From an uncultured Nitrospiraceae bacterium (GTDB taxonomy: Bacteria > Nitrospirota > Nitrospiria > Nitrospirales > Nitrospiraceae), in the NCBI GenBank assembly GCA_963706325.1, contig CAVPLT010000004.1, forward strand, positions 992,001-1,056,000: DNA of 64,000 nucleotides, read 5' to 3'. Made by a program: the position numbers and the translations under genes. The notes under the pieces are model-generated. The model made no database searches and was not told the origin of the DNA. It saw only the letters and a list, made by a program, of their open reading frames with translations. Below, piece by piece: positions 1-8,699 of this stretch; position 1 is the stretch's first letter; every line of letters starts with the position of its first letter.

Positions 1-150
1 ATGAAATGGGAGTCCCCTGTATTTCTCGAAGTGAAAATGGATGCCGAGATCGGCTCCTATCAAGACGACTTTGAGAATGTCCCGGATGTCACCGAACACA
101 CGAAGTCTCTAGGCGCGCAGATCAATGACACCGCTTCACAGAATCTTTGA
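1..150 (+). CDS. pqqA: PQQ precursor peptide PqqA (49 aa, C-terminally extended)
   Basis: Hand translation MKWESPVFLEVKMDAEIGSYQDDFENVPDVTEHTKSLGAQINDTASQNL*; W-x-x-P-x-F leader and E-x-x-x-Y core (EIGSY); directly upstream of pqqBCDE. Too short for the ORF track. Confidence 0.9.
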   Translation: MKWESPVFLEVKMDAEIGSYQDDFENVPDVTEHTKSLGAQINDTASQNL

Positions 151-202
151 AAACCATGAGGACACAAGAGAATGCAGGTGTTGAAAAGAGCGTTCCTCAT
201 GA

Positions 203-331
203 AGGCAGGATTGTTCAAAAAGGCCGTTCAGCGAGGCAGCAGCGAGTGAAAAGTTGAGGCGTGCCCTCAGAGGAACGTTGAAGCTCTGAGGTGACTCGAG
301 AACGCTGGCGGACCTTTTCACCACCCCGCCT
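203..331. repeat. ~130-bp palindromic intergenic repeat / MITE-like element
   Basis: Imperfect terminal inverted repeats: AGGCAGGATTGTTCAAAAAGGCCGTTCAGC versus the reverse complement of GCTGGCGGACCTTTTCACCACCCCGCCT. Resembles an interspersed repeat I recognise from Nitrospira genomes; single copy in this window. Confidence 0.6.
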
Positions 332-341
332 TAGGCAACCT

Positions 342-1265
342 ATGAAGATTCGTGTTCTAGGTTCTGCAGCCGGTGGAGCGTTCCCGCAATGGAATTGTGC
401 CTGTTTCAATTGCCGAGGCCTGCGGGAGGGACTGATCAAGGCCGTTCCTCGGACCCAGGAGTCGGTAGGCTTGAGCACTTGCGATGGCGACTGGGTTCTC
501 ATCAACGCCTCTCCGGACATTCGCGCGCAGATTGAAAGTTTCAAGGGTCTTTATCCAAGACGGTCACGGGACACGCCGATCCAGGCGATTTTCTTGACCA
601 ACGGTGATCTGGATCACTGCCTTGGGCTATTGTCGCTTCGGGAGAATCAGCCGATCGTGGTCTATGCGACCGATGCGGTGCGTGAGGCATTGATGGAACG
701 CAATGTCATGTTCCGGACGCTTCGACGGTTTGCTCGGCAGGTGACTTGGCGCAGCCTGAAGCGTGACGTCGAAGAATCCATTGTGGCCGTGGACGGGCGC
801 CACTTGGGATTGACGGTCATGGCCAGGGCCGTTCCGGGAAAGCCTCCCGTCCATTTGGAGCAACTCGTCTCTGCGGATGACCCGGACCTGAACGTCGGAC
901 TCAGAATCAGGCAATCCGCCCATGGACCAAGCCTGGCCTACCTGCCCGCTGTCGGCAGGATCACCCAGCCGGTCTTCGAACTGATGGAAAACGCGGATTG
1001 CGTCTTCTTCGACGGCACCTTCTGGTCACCTGATGAACTGGCGGCGCAAGGCCTGCCGGGAAAGTCAGCGCAGGAGATGGCGCATTGGCCTGTCGGAGGA
1101 GAAGACGGAAGCCTCGCGCTGCTTTCCCACCTCTCCGCCGATCGGCGCGTGCTCATTCACATCAACAATACCAATCCGGTGCTGAGGGAGGATTCCCTTG
1201 AGCGGAAGGACGTGGAGGCGGCGGGATGGGAGGTGGCCTGGGACGGAATGGAGATCAGGATATGA
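342..1265 (+). CDS. pqqB: PQQ biosynthesis protein PqqB (metallo-beta-lactamase fold)
   Basis: MKIRVLGSAAGGAFPQWNCACFNC, DHCLGLL, DGTFW and HINNTNP motifs; ATG at 342. Confidence 0.97.
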   Translation: MKIRVLGSAAGGAFPQWNCACFNCRGLREGLIKAVPRTQESVGLSTCDGDWVLINASPDIRAQIESFKGLYPRRSRDTPIQAIFLTNGDLDHCLGLLSLRENQPIVVYATDAVREALMERNVMFRTLRRFARQVTWRSLKRDVEESIVAVDGRHLGLTVMARAVPGKPPVHLEQLVSADDPDLNVGLRIRQSAHGPSLAYLPAVGRITQPVFELMENADCVFFDGTFWSPDELAAQGLPGKSAQEMAHWPVGGEDGSLALLSHLSADRRVLIHINNTNPVLREDSLERKDVEAAGWEVAWDGMEIRI

Positions 1266-2026
1266 ACGAAGCTTACGATCAGAGCCCGCATTCAACTGAA
1301 GTTTTCGTGGAGCGGCTCAGACGTGAGGGGAGCGGCCGGTACCATGACCATCATCCCTTCCACCGGCTCATGCACAATGGAGATTTGACGAGGCGTCAGC
1401 TCCAACAGTGGGTCCTCAACCGGTACTACTACCAGACCCGAATTCCCATCAAGGATGCGCTGATCGTCTCGAAGTCCGAGGACCCAGCATTCCGTCGGAC
1501 ATGGCTGCGCCGTATCCAGGACCATGACGGTCCACGGGAAGGACAGGGCGGGCTGGCATCATGGCTGGTATTAGCTGGGGGCGTAGGGCTCGACGCAGAG
1601 GATGTGAGAAGCTGCCGCTTCGTGCTTCCGGGAGTCAGGCTGGCCTGCGACGGGTACGTGCAGTTTGTCCGCGAGAGTTCGTTGCTCGCAGCCGTGGCCT
1701 CCTCCCTCACGGAATTGTTTGCGCCCACGTTGATGGCGCGACGCGTGGAGGCATGGAAGCGCCATTATCCCTGGGTGAGTCAGGAAGCCCTGGGGTATTT
1801 TGAAATGCGTATTGCTTGCGCGAGCCTCGATTCGAAGCAGGCCGTCGAGTACGTGGTTCAGCATGCCACCACGCGTGACCTACAAGACCAATGCATGGCA
1901 GCATTGATCAAGAAGGCGGAGATTCTTTGGCACCTGCTCGATTGTCTCCACATGGACTCTGTGGAACGAGGGCAAGGATTGGAAATACACACGCATGATC
2001 AGCTCCATAGACAGGCCACAGCTTAA
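1262..2026 (+). CDS. pqqC: Pyrroloquinoline-quinone synthase PqqC
   Basis: YHDHHPFH, NRYYYQ..IP.KD, DHDG, SSLTELFAP and HYPW motifs; ATGA overlap with pqqB. Confidence 0.95.
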   Translation: MNEAYDQSPHSTEVFVERLRREGSGRYHDHHPFHRLMHNGDLTRRQLQQWVLNRYYYQTRIPIKDALIVSKSEDPAFRRTWLRRIQDHDGPREGQGGLASWLVLAGGVGLDAEDVRSCRFVLPGVRLACDGYVQFVRESSLLAAVASSLTELFAPTLMARRVEAWKRHYPWVSQEALGYFEMRIACASLDSKQAVEYVVQHATTRDLQDQCMAALIKKAEILWHLLDCLHMDSVERGQGLEIHTHDQLHRQATA

Positions 2027-2276
2027 GACGAAAGTCCGCCACCGCTTCGATCGAAGAACGGGCCGCTATTTGCTCCTCTATCCTGAAACGGGGCTTGAGC
2101 TGAACAACAGCGCGATGGAGATCGCACGGCTTTGCACGGGAGACTATACAGTCGATGACATCACCGAGCTTATCGCCCTGGCGTATGGCGATGTTTCGCC
2201 TATCGATATCAAACGCGAGGTGCAGGCTTTCCTCCATGCCCTTGACGGCCGTGGTCTCCTTCAAGGTCTGCCATGA
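1995..2276 (+). CDS. pqqD: PqqA peptide chaperone PqqD (RRE domain)
   Basis: RFD....LLLYPE..LELN.SA.EI..LC.G pattern; 93 aa; between pqqC and pqqE. Confidence 0.95.
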   Translation: MISSIDRPQLKTKVRHRFDRRTGRYLLLYPETGLELNNSAMEIARLCTGDYTVDDITELIALAYGDVSPIDIKREVQAFLHALDGRGLLQGLP

Positions 2277-3376
2277 AAAGCGAATGTCGCCCCTACACGC
2301 TGATCGCCGAACTCACCTACCGCTGTCCGCTGCGATGTCCCTACTGTTCGAATCCCCTCGACTATGCCAGCCGCCACAGCGAGATCGATGCCGGCACGTG
2401 GCTACGCGTGTTTGAGGAAGCGGAGGCTTTGGGTGTCGTTCAACTCAACCTGACCGGCGGTGAGCCGCTGATCAGAGACGATCTTGAACGCCTCGTCGAG
2501 GGCGCGCACAAGCTCGATTTGTACACGAACCTCATCACGAGCGGTATTCCCCTGACATTCGAGCGCCTCGCTCACTTGCGAGATCTTGGACTCAATAGCG
2601 TGCAGCTATCTATCCAGAGTACCAGGCCATCGGAGTCAGACCGCATATCTGGGACACCGTCATTCCGCCGAAAACTCGAAGCGATGCGGTGGGTCACCTC
2701 TCTCGGTCTTCCGCTGACCATGAATGTCGTGCTCCATCGCGCCAACATTGCGGAGGTTGCAGACTTCATCGCATTGGCTGAACTGATGTCTGCCGATCGA
2801 CTCGAGCTGGCGAACGCGCAATATCTTGGATGGGCGTTGCGGAACCGCTCGGCGCTCCTTCCCACTCACGAACAACTCGAAGGCGCGCGCACCCTTGCCG
2901 CTCATGCGCGAGGGCGACTGCAAGGAAAGATGGAGGTGCTCTTCGTCACTCCTGATTATTACTCGATCTATCCGAAATCCTGCATGGATGGGTGGGGACG
3001 CCGCTTCATCGTGGTGAACCCGGAAGGATTCGCCCTTCCATGCCACCTGGCGCAGACGATCCCGGGGCTGCAGTTTGACAACGTCGCGGAGCGCCGGCTC
3101 GAGGACATTTGGCACCATTCCTCCTGCTTCAATCGTTTCCGTCGGGAGGACTGGTTCCCTGATCCTTGCCGAACCTGTCACCGCCGCACCATCGATTTTG
3201 GGGGCTGTCGTTGTCAGGCCTTTCATTTGACCGGGAATGCGGGCGTCACCGATCCCGCTTGTTCCCTCTCATCGGACCATCGCCTGATTGAGGCGGCACG
3301 GAGCGAGGCCACGCACAGCGGAGAAACGCCGGTCCTGTTCGAATACCGGTCCGGTCGGGGATTCGCTCCACGATGA
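2273..3376 (+). CDS. pqqE: Radical SAM/SPASM PqqA cyclase PqqE
   Basis: AELTYRCPLRCPYCSNP (CxxxCxxC), GGEP, CMDGWG and GGCRCQAF...DPAC SPASM cysteines. Confidence 0.97.
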   Translation: MKSECRPYTLIAELTYRCPLRCPYCSNPLDYASRHSEIDAGTWLRVFEEAEALGVVQLNLTGGEPLIRDDLERLVEGAHKLDLYTNLITSGIPLTFERLAHLRDLGLNSVQLSIQSTRPSESDRISGTPSFRRKLEAMRWVTSLGLPLTMNVVLHRANIAEVADFIALAELMSADRLELANAQYLGWALRNRSALLPTHEQLEGARTLAAHARGRLQGKMEVLFVTPDYYSIYPKSCMDGWGRRFIVVNPEGFALPCHLAQTIPGLQFDNVAERRLEDIWHHSSCFNRFRREDWFPDPCRTCHRRTIDFGGCRCQAFHLTGNAGVTDPACSLSSDHRLIEAARSEATHSGETPVLFEYRSGRGFAPR

Positions 3377-3894
3377 TCCGACGCATGGATATCAGCCTGA
3401 TAATTTTGCTCACGCTGGCCGTTTCGGCCGCTCTGTTTGCGTTTCTGAAGGACCGTTCCCTGCCGATGGAGGGGCTGTATGCAAGCGGCCGACTCATCGG
3501 GAATGTCTGGGTTGAATTGCTGCTGGGCTTCCTCATTGCGGGACTTGTTGAGGTACTCATCTCACCCCCGCAAATCACGGCATGGTTGGGACCTGAGTCC
3601 TCGATGCGGGGAATCTTTATCGGATGGATGGCCGGTCTGGCGATTCCAGGAGGACCGTATCTACTCTTTCCTTTGGCAGCCGGGTTGTTCACAAGCGGAG
3701 CGGCTCCCGGTGCCGTGATTGCGTTGATTACCGCCAAGACATTGCTGAGCCCGGTCCGGATGCTGACGTATGAAGCTCCGCTGATGGGTTGGCCCTTGAC
3801 CTTGGCCCGGTGCCTGCCGGCTCTCCTTCTTCCTCCGTTGATGGGAATGCTTGGACAGTGGCTGTTCAACCTAATGACGAAGAGATTCACCTGA
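3373..3894 (+). CDS. Small predicted permease (DUF318/ArsP-like half-size membrane protein)
   Basis: Several hydrophobic segments; WLG..S..RG...G...G...PGGPY..FP.A..L...GA motif; ATGA overlap with the pqqE stop. Confidence 0.75.
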   Translation: MIRRMDISLIILLTLAVSAALFAFLKDRSLPMEGLYASGRLIGNVWVELLLGFLIAGLVEVLISPPQITAWLGPESSMRGIFIGWMAGLAIPGGPYLLFPLAAGLFTSGAAPGAVIALITAKTLLSPVRMLTYEAPLMGWPLTLARCLPALLLPPLMGMLGQWLFNLMTKRFT

Positions 3895-3923
3895 AAGCCA
3901 TCCACCGGAGAAAGGGCGCAACT

Positions 3924-5036
3924 ATGAATCACATGCTTGCGGCGGCGTCCCCCATCATGGCCCTTTTGTGTACCGCCTGCGGCGTCTACGCCGGCTCGCT
4001 TCCTCTGGATAAGATCACGCTTCCTCCCGGCTTTTCGATCACGGTCTATGCCGACAACGTTCCAAATGCTCGGGGAATGGCGCTCGGACAGAACGGCACG
4101 CTGTTCGTGGGCAGTCGGAGCAAAGGCGAAGTCTACGCCGTGGTAGACAAAGACGGCGATCATCGCGCGGACGAGGTGATGACCATCGCCCGCGGCTTAC
4201 AGATGCCGGTCGGCGTCGCCTACCGGAACGGCTCGCTCTATGTCTCCGCTGTGGATCGCATCCTGCGTTTCGATCAGATCGAACAACGGTTGACGAATCC
4301 GCCCGCACCGGTGGTGGTCACGGATCGCTTTCCGCAAGAGACAAGTCACGGGTGGAAATTCATTGCCTTCGGCCCTGACGGGAAACTCTATGTACCGGTC
4401 GGAGCGCCATGCAATATTTGTGAGCCCGATCCGGACCGCTATGCCTTGATTGCGCGCATGAACCCAGATGGGAACGGGTATGAGATCGTCGCGCGTGGAG
4501 TTCGGAACTCCGTCGGATTCGATTGGGATCCCAGGAACCAAGAGTTGTGGTTCACGGAGAACGGCCGCGATTATCTCGGGGATAATCGGCCGCCGGATGA
4601 ACTCAACCATGCGCCCAAGCCGGGGCTGCATTTTGGCTATCCCTATTGCCATGGGGGAACGATTTCGGATCCTGAATACGGCGGCAAACATGCCTGCCAT
4701 GAATTCACTGCTCCTGCGATCGCGCTTGGCCCCCATGTCGCTTCCCTAGGCATGCGCTTCTACACCGGCGAGATGTTCCCCCCAGAATACCGGAATCAAA
4801 TCCTCATTGCCGAGCATGGCTCCTGGAACCGCAGCGACAAAATCGGCTATCGGATCACGATGGTGACGCGAGACGGTCAGGATCGCCTCCGGTATTCCGT
4901 ATTCGCTGAAGGATGGCTGCAGGGAAAAGACGCATGGGGACGCCCCGTTGATCTCCTCGTCATGCCGGACGGCGCTCTGTTGGTTTCAGACGATTTGGCC
5001 GGCGTGATTTACCGGATCAGTTACAGAAAGCCATAG
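3924..5036 (+). CDS. Secreted PQQ-dependent sugar dehydrogenase (glucose/sorbosone dehydrogenase family, beta-propeller)
   Basis: Signal peptide; LPPGF.I.VYA, HGWKFIAFGPDG.LYVPVGAPCNIC, GVRNSVGFDW, EHGSWNR, GRPVD...DG.LLVSDD motifs; GGAG/AAGGG RBS before ATG 3924. Confidence 0.9.
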   Translation: MNHMLAAASPIMALLCTACGVYAGSLPLDKITLPPGFSITVYADNVPNARGMALGQNGTLFVGSRSKGEVYAVVDKDGDHRADEVMTIARGLQMPVGVAYRNGSLYVSAVDRILRFDQIEQRLTNPPAPVVVTDRFPQETSHGWKFIAFGPDGKLYVPVGAPCNICEPDPDRYALIARMNPDGNGYEIVARGVRNSVGFDWDPRNQELWFTENGRDYLGDNRPPDELNHAPKPGLHFGYPYCHGGTISDPEYGGKHACHEFTAPAIALGPHVASLGMRFYTGEMFPPEYRNQILIAEHGSWNRSDKIGYRITMVTRDGQDRLRYSVFAEGWLQGKDAWGRPVDLLVMPDGALLVSDDLAGVIYRISYRKP

Positions 5037-5073
5037 GGGTGGTCCGAGAACGGATTACTCGGACCTACTCCTA
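5034..5073 (+). terminator. Stem-loop ending the pqq-dehydrogenase operon
   Basis: TAGGGGTGGTCCGAG...CTCGGACCTACTCCTA inverted repeat at the stop codon; no clear U-tract. Confidence 0.55.
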
Positions 5074-5258
5074 GCGGCATCTTCCTCCAAGCCATCAATA
5101 TTTATTTTCCCTGAATGCGGCTTGGCGGTTCGACGTGGACTCTACAGGAAATCTCTCTTCAGATTACAAAATCCACTGTATCGCCTCTTCGAATCGCTCA
5201 GCTTAGGCTGCTCCTCATCATGATGTTGAGAGCGGGGGTTCATGGATTATTATCCCAC

Positions 5259-5990
5259 ATGGATATGCCCGCGGTGCGGTTGAAAGGGATGGTGGCTCTC
5301 ATCGCGGGTGGGACGGAAGATGTGAGCAAAGGCATTGTGCGGGCTTTCCTGCGAGCGGGGGCGGTCGTCGTGGTGCCCTCCTCGTCGGCGGAACAGCTCG
5401 AGCGTCTCCGTGACGAACTCCACGAATTCCCGGTCGAAGATTTGGTGACTATTTTCGGCGACGTAGGCCGGCTGGACGAAGCGGAACGTATTCGGGAGGT
5501 CATGATCGGCCGAGTCGGCCGGCTCGACGCTATCGTGGCCTCGCTGGGCCGATGGCGCCATGCCCAACCCCTGGTCGATCTTTCATTGGAAAGCTGGGAG
5601 CATACCTTGCGCGAGAATCTCACGGCTCACTTTGCCGTCATTCACACGTTCATCCCGATGCTGAGAGCTCAGGGACACGGGAGCTACACCTTTCTGAAAC
5701 ACATTGATCCGACGGGTTCGGCGGCTCATGAGGACAAGAGCGCGGTCACAGGGTCGTCTCAAGAGATGCTGGTTTGCGCGCTGGTGGAAGAAATGGCGAA
5801 TACGCGAGTGCGAATCAACGAGGTGACTGTGTGTCCGGACAGCGCCATGGAAAAAGGCACGACTCATTCGCCGGGCCGATCATTCGGTGACGCTGTAGGG
5901 ATGTTCACTGCCTGGCTGGCTTCCGCCGACGGCGCATCCGTGCGAGGGGCAACCATCCGGTCGGTCCCTCGTCCGCCTGCAGCAACATAA
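5259..5990 (+). CDS. Atypical short-chain dehydrogenase/reductase-like protein
   Basis: SDR fold pattern (LKGMVALIAGG, GDV, GRLDAIV, W...L..NL, VRINEV) but lacks canonical GxxxGxG and YxxxK; start codon uncertain. Confidence 0.7.
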   Translation: MDMPAVRLKGMVALIAGGTEDVSKGIVRAFLRAGAVVVVPSSSAEQLERLRDELHEFPVEDLVTIFGDVGRLDEAERIREVMIGRVGRLDAIVASLGRWRHAQPLVDLSLESWEHTLRENLTAHFAVIHTFIPMLRAQGHGSYTFLKHIDPTGSAAHEDKSAVTGSSQEMLVCALVEEMANTRVRINEVTVCPDSAMEKGTTHSPGRSFGDAVGMFTAWLASADGASVRGATIRSVPRPPAAT

Positions 5991-6297
5991 CGGACGAGCG
6001 GACTGCGTAGAAGCCGTACCGACACCAACCTTCACGGGCAGGACGCAGGCGGCCCGTTCCCGAACCTTCGATTCCAATGAGACGATTTCTACACTCGCCA
6101 CAGTCGGCAGCGGCATGAATAAGGCCACCGTCAAGACAAAGCCGGCTGAATATTGCATGGAATTCATCTGACGCTCCTTTCGGTTCTTTGGGATCGAGAC
6201 AGGGTGGCCTTGAAACGGGTGCCGGCTTTCGTTGCCAACCAGGTAACACAAGGTATACAACCGCCGTCGTTCACTCACCGGGGCGGGCTGAGCGAAA

Positions 6298-8142
6298 CTA
6301 GACAGCCCGCGTCGATTTCTCTTCGGTCCGTCGCGGCCAGAGAATCAGTACTCCTGTGACTCCGGCCACCAGCGAAGCGATGAAGACGGCGATCTTCGCG
6401 GCGAAATAGTCTCGAGGGTTTTGAAAAGCCTGGCCGGCGATGAACAGCGACATCGTGAACCCGATGCCGGCGAGCGCGCCCGCCCCGAGCAATTGACGCC
6501 ATGAATAGGCCTCGGGTTTCACGGCGATGTTGAAACGCACCGCGAGCCAGGAAGTCGCGAAGATCCCGATGGGCTTGCCGAGCACAAGACCTAAAATAAT
6601 GCCCGTCATCAGCCGACCGTGCCCTTCGAACACATCGAGTGACAACGCCACTCCGGCATTGGCCAGGGCGAAGACTGGCAGCACCACGTAGCTGGACCAG
6701 GGCTCGACCAAGCGAAGAAGCTTACTGGCAGGAGATTCAATCCTGTCATGGATGGTATTGAAGGTCCGGAGAGCCGGTTCTGACGGTCCTTGATGCAGGA
6801 TGGCCTCGCCGACACGCTTGGCCTCCGCTCGAATGACGGCTTCGATCTGCGCCATCAGGGCAAGGAGATTCGGGGGCGGACGGGTGGGTGTCACCGCGGC
6901 CAGAATGACGCCGGCCAGCGTTGCATGGATCCCCGCGCCATGCAAGCAGGCCCAGAGCAGCAGCCCGACCAGCGCGTAAGGGGGCGAACGATAGACGCCC
7001 AACCGGTTGAGCGTGCCGAGTAGTCCGATCACGCCCAGAGAAGCGAGAAGATACCGGAGATCGATGGCCTCGGTGTAGACAAAGGCGATCAGCGCGATCG
7101 CCACCAAATCGTCCATGATGACAGCCGCGGTTAGGAACACGCGTAGTTCCACTGGGACACGATCTCCGAGCAGGACAATCAACGCCACCGCAAAGGCGGT
7201 ATCCGTGGCAATGGTCATGCCCCAGCCTCCATGCAGAGGGCCGGGAGGGACGATGAAGAGGTAGATGAGCGCAGGCATAATCATCCCGCCGAGCGCCGCC
7301 ATTACCGGCAATGCGGCGGCGCGACGCGTGGCCAGGCGGCCCACCGTGAATTCGCGCTTGATCTCGAGCCCGACCACCAGGAAGAAAATGGTCAGCAGCC
7401 CGTCGTTCACCCACTGCAATAAAGGCAACGTAAACACGTGCCCGTTTAATTGAAACCCAAAACTCTCGCTCCACCAGGACTGGACGGCGGGGCCGAACTG
7501 GGAATTCGTCAGCAGGACAGCGACGACCGACATGAGCAGAAGTGATAGGCCGGCCGATGGGCCCCATCGGACGAAATCCACCGTGGCCCTGTGAAGGCGC
7601 TGGCCGAGTGAGCCCAGCATGGCCTCAGCCAGCGAATTCTCGTCCCACGGGCCTTCGTAGCGACGGCCGTTGATGAAGAAGGTGGGTGTTTCCAGCACGC
7701 CGCTGCGTTCTGCGCTGTGAGTGTCTTCCTTGACCCGCGTCTCCGCCGCCTGCCTTACCGTCTTATCCCTCGCATCGCTCGGCGGCACATCGGCCTCCGA
7801 TGCGATCCGCTCCAGGTCACCGTCATGGACCGCAGGCCCCAGCTTCATGAGGACATCGTGAACCGTCCAGAATTTACCGGTGGTCTGCGACGCGTATTCC
7901 GCAAGTTTTGCGGCTTGTTCGGCTTCCTCGCTGCCTATGATGGGTCGATGTCGGAAGACGTACCGCATCCTGGGTCCGAATTGTCCGCGCAGCGCGTCGA
8001 CGATGTCATGCGCGGCTTGACAGTAACGGCAGGCATAGCTACCGTACTCGACCAGAGTGACGCCGGCATCGGAATTTCCCAGGATATGATCCCGGTGGCT
8101 ATCGACTGGACGATCTAACTTGGTGGCCCTGGCATGATCCAT
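6298..8142 (-). CDS. nhaA: Na+/H+ antiporter NhaA with N-terminal DsbA/thioredoxin domain
   Basis: N-terminal [10 protein letters not shown]...TPTFFING; then [62 protein letters not shown]. Confidence 0.93.
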   Translation of the reverse strand: MDHARATKLDRPVDSHRDHILGNSDAGVTLVEYGSYACRYCQAAHDIVDALRGQFGPRMRYVFRHRPIIGSEEAEQAAKLAEYASQTTGKFWTVHDVLMKLGPAVHDGDLERIASEADVPPSDARDKTVRQAAETRVKEDTHSAERSGVLETPTFFINGRRYEGPWDENSLAEAMLGSLGQRLHRATVDFVRWGPSAGLSLLLMSVVAVLLTNSQFGPAVQSWWSESFGFQLNGHVFTLPLLQWVNDGLLTIFFLVVGLEIKREFTVGRLATRRAAALPVMAALGGMIMPALIYLFIVPPGPLHGGWGMTIATDTAFAVALIVLLGDRVPVELRVFLTAAVIMDDLVAIALIAFVYTEAIDLRYLLASLGVIGLLGTLNRLGVYRSPPYALVGLLLWACLHGAGIHATLAGVILAAVTPTRPPPNLLALMAQIEAVIRAEAKRVGEAILHQGPSEPALRTFNTIHDRIESPASKLLRLVEPWSSYVVLPVFALANAGVALSLDVFEGHGRLMTGIILGLVLGKPIGIFATSWLAVRFNIAVKPEAYSWRQLLGAGALAGIGFTMSLFIAGQAFQNPRDYFAAKIAVFIASLVAGVTGVLILWPRRTEEKSTRAV

Positions 8143-8699
8143 TTTTGGTATCTCCTGAGAGAAACCCTAGAGGGCAGGTTTCTGGCTTTTTCAGATACCG
8201 CCGGACTGTAGGCGTGAAGGCGCCCAAATACTTTTATACATCTTTGCCAGAGGCAAGGCACTTGCTCAAATACAGCGCTAGCGCAATCAACGGCCTGCCT
8301 CCTACGTGGGCAGGCTGGGCGACTAAAATCTGACACCGCTTCATTGCTCACAACACCCCAAATCAGGAGTAGGGAATCAGAAACAAGAGACTTGGAGCAG
8401 ACACACAACCAGCTCATGAGGACCAACGTTTTACCATCGATTACACCGATTCATAGTGATATTCTGACCCACCCAACTCATTATCAGAGCGAGGCGCCAA
8501 TGGGGATATCTATGACATTACCCAGCGGAATTCTCTGGCCTCCGGCATCGCAGCTTGCTACCGAGCCGCGGCTTCAACGGAGGCCTTAACTGATGTCTCG
8601 GCTATCGAACATGGCCGGAGGTGATGACCACTCGTCTCGGGGAGTTGCACCCAGGGTATTTAAACCCACAATTACTCATGAAATGCAAAGGAGAAGCGG

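Noticed and set aside
156..287. Short ORF starting at ATG 156 between pqqA and pqqB as a second precursor
   Set aside because: No E-x-x-x-Y core, and it runs into the palindromic repeat.
3246..4163. 305-aa minus-strand ORF
   Set aside because: Antisense shadow of the permease and dehydrogenase; no motifs.
5880..6167. ORF with AAGGAG RBS and a signal-peptide-like start (MNSMQYSAGFVLTVALF)
   Set aside because: Overlaps the SDR 3' end by ~110 bp and has no recognisable domain; at most a gene remnant.
8543..8559. Sigma54-like CGGCATCGCAGCTTGCT upstream of the His-rich protein
   Set aside because: GG-to-GC spacing is 11 rather than the required 10. A correctly spaced match at 8251-8266 is ~430 bp from any same-strand gene.
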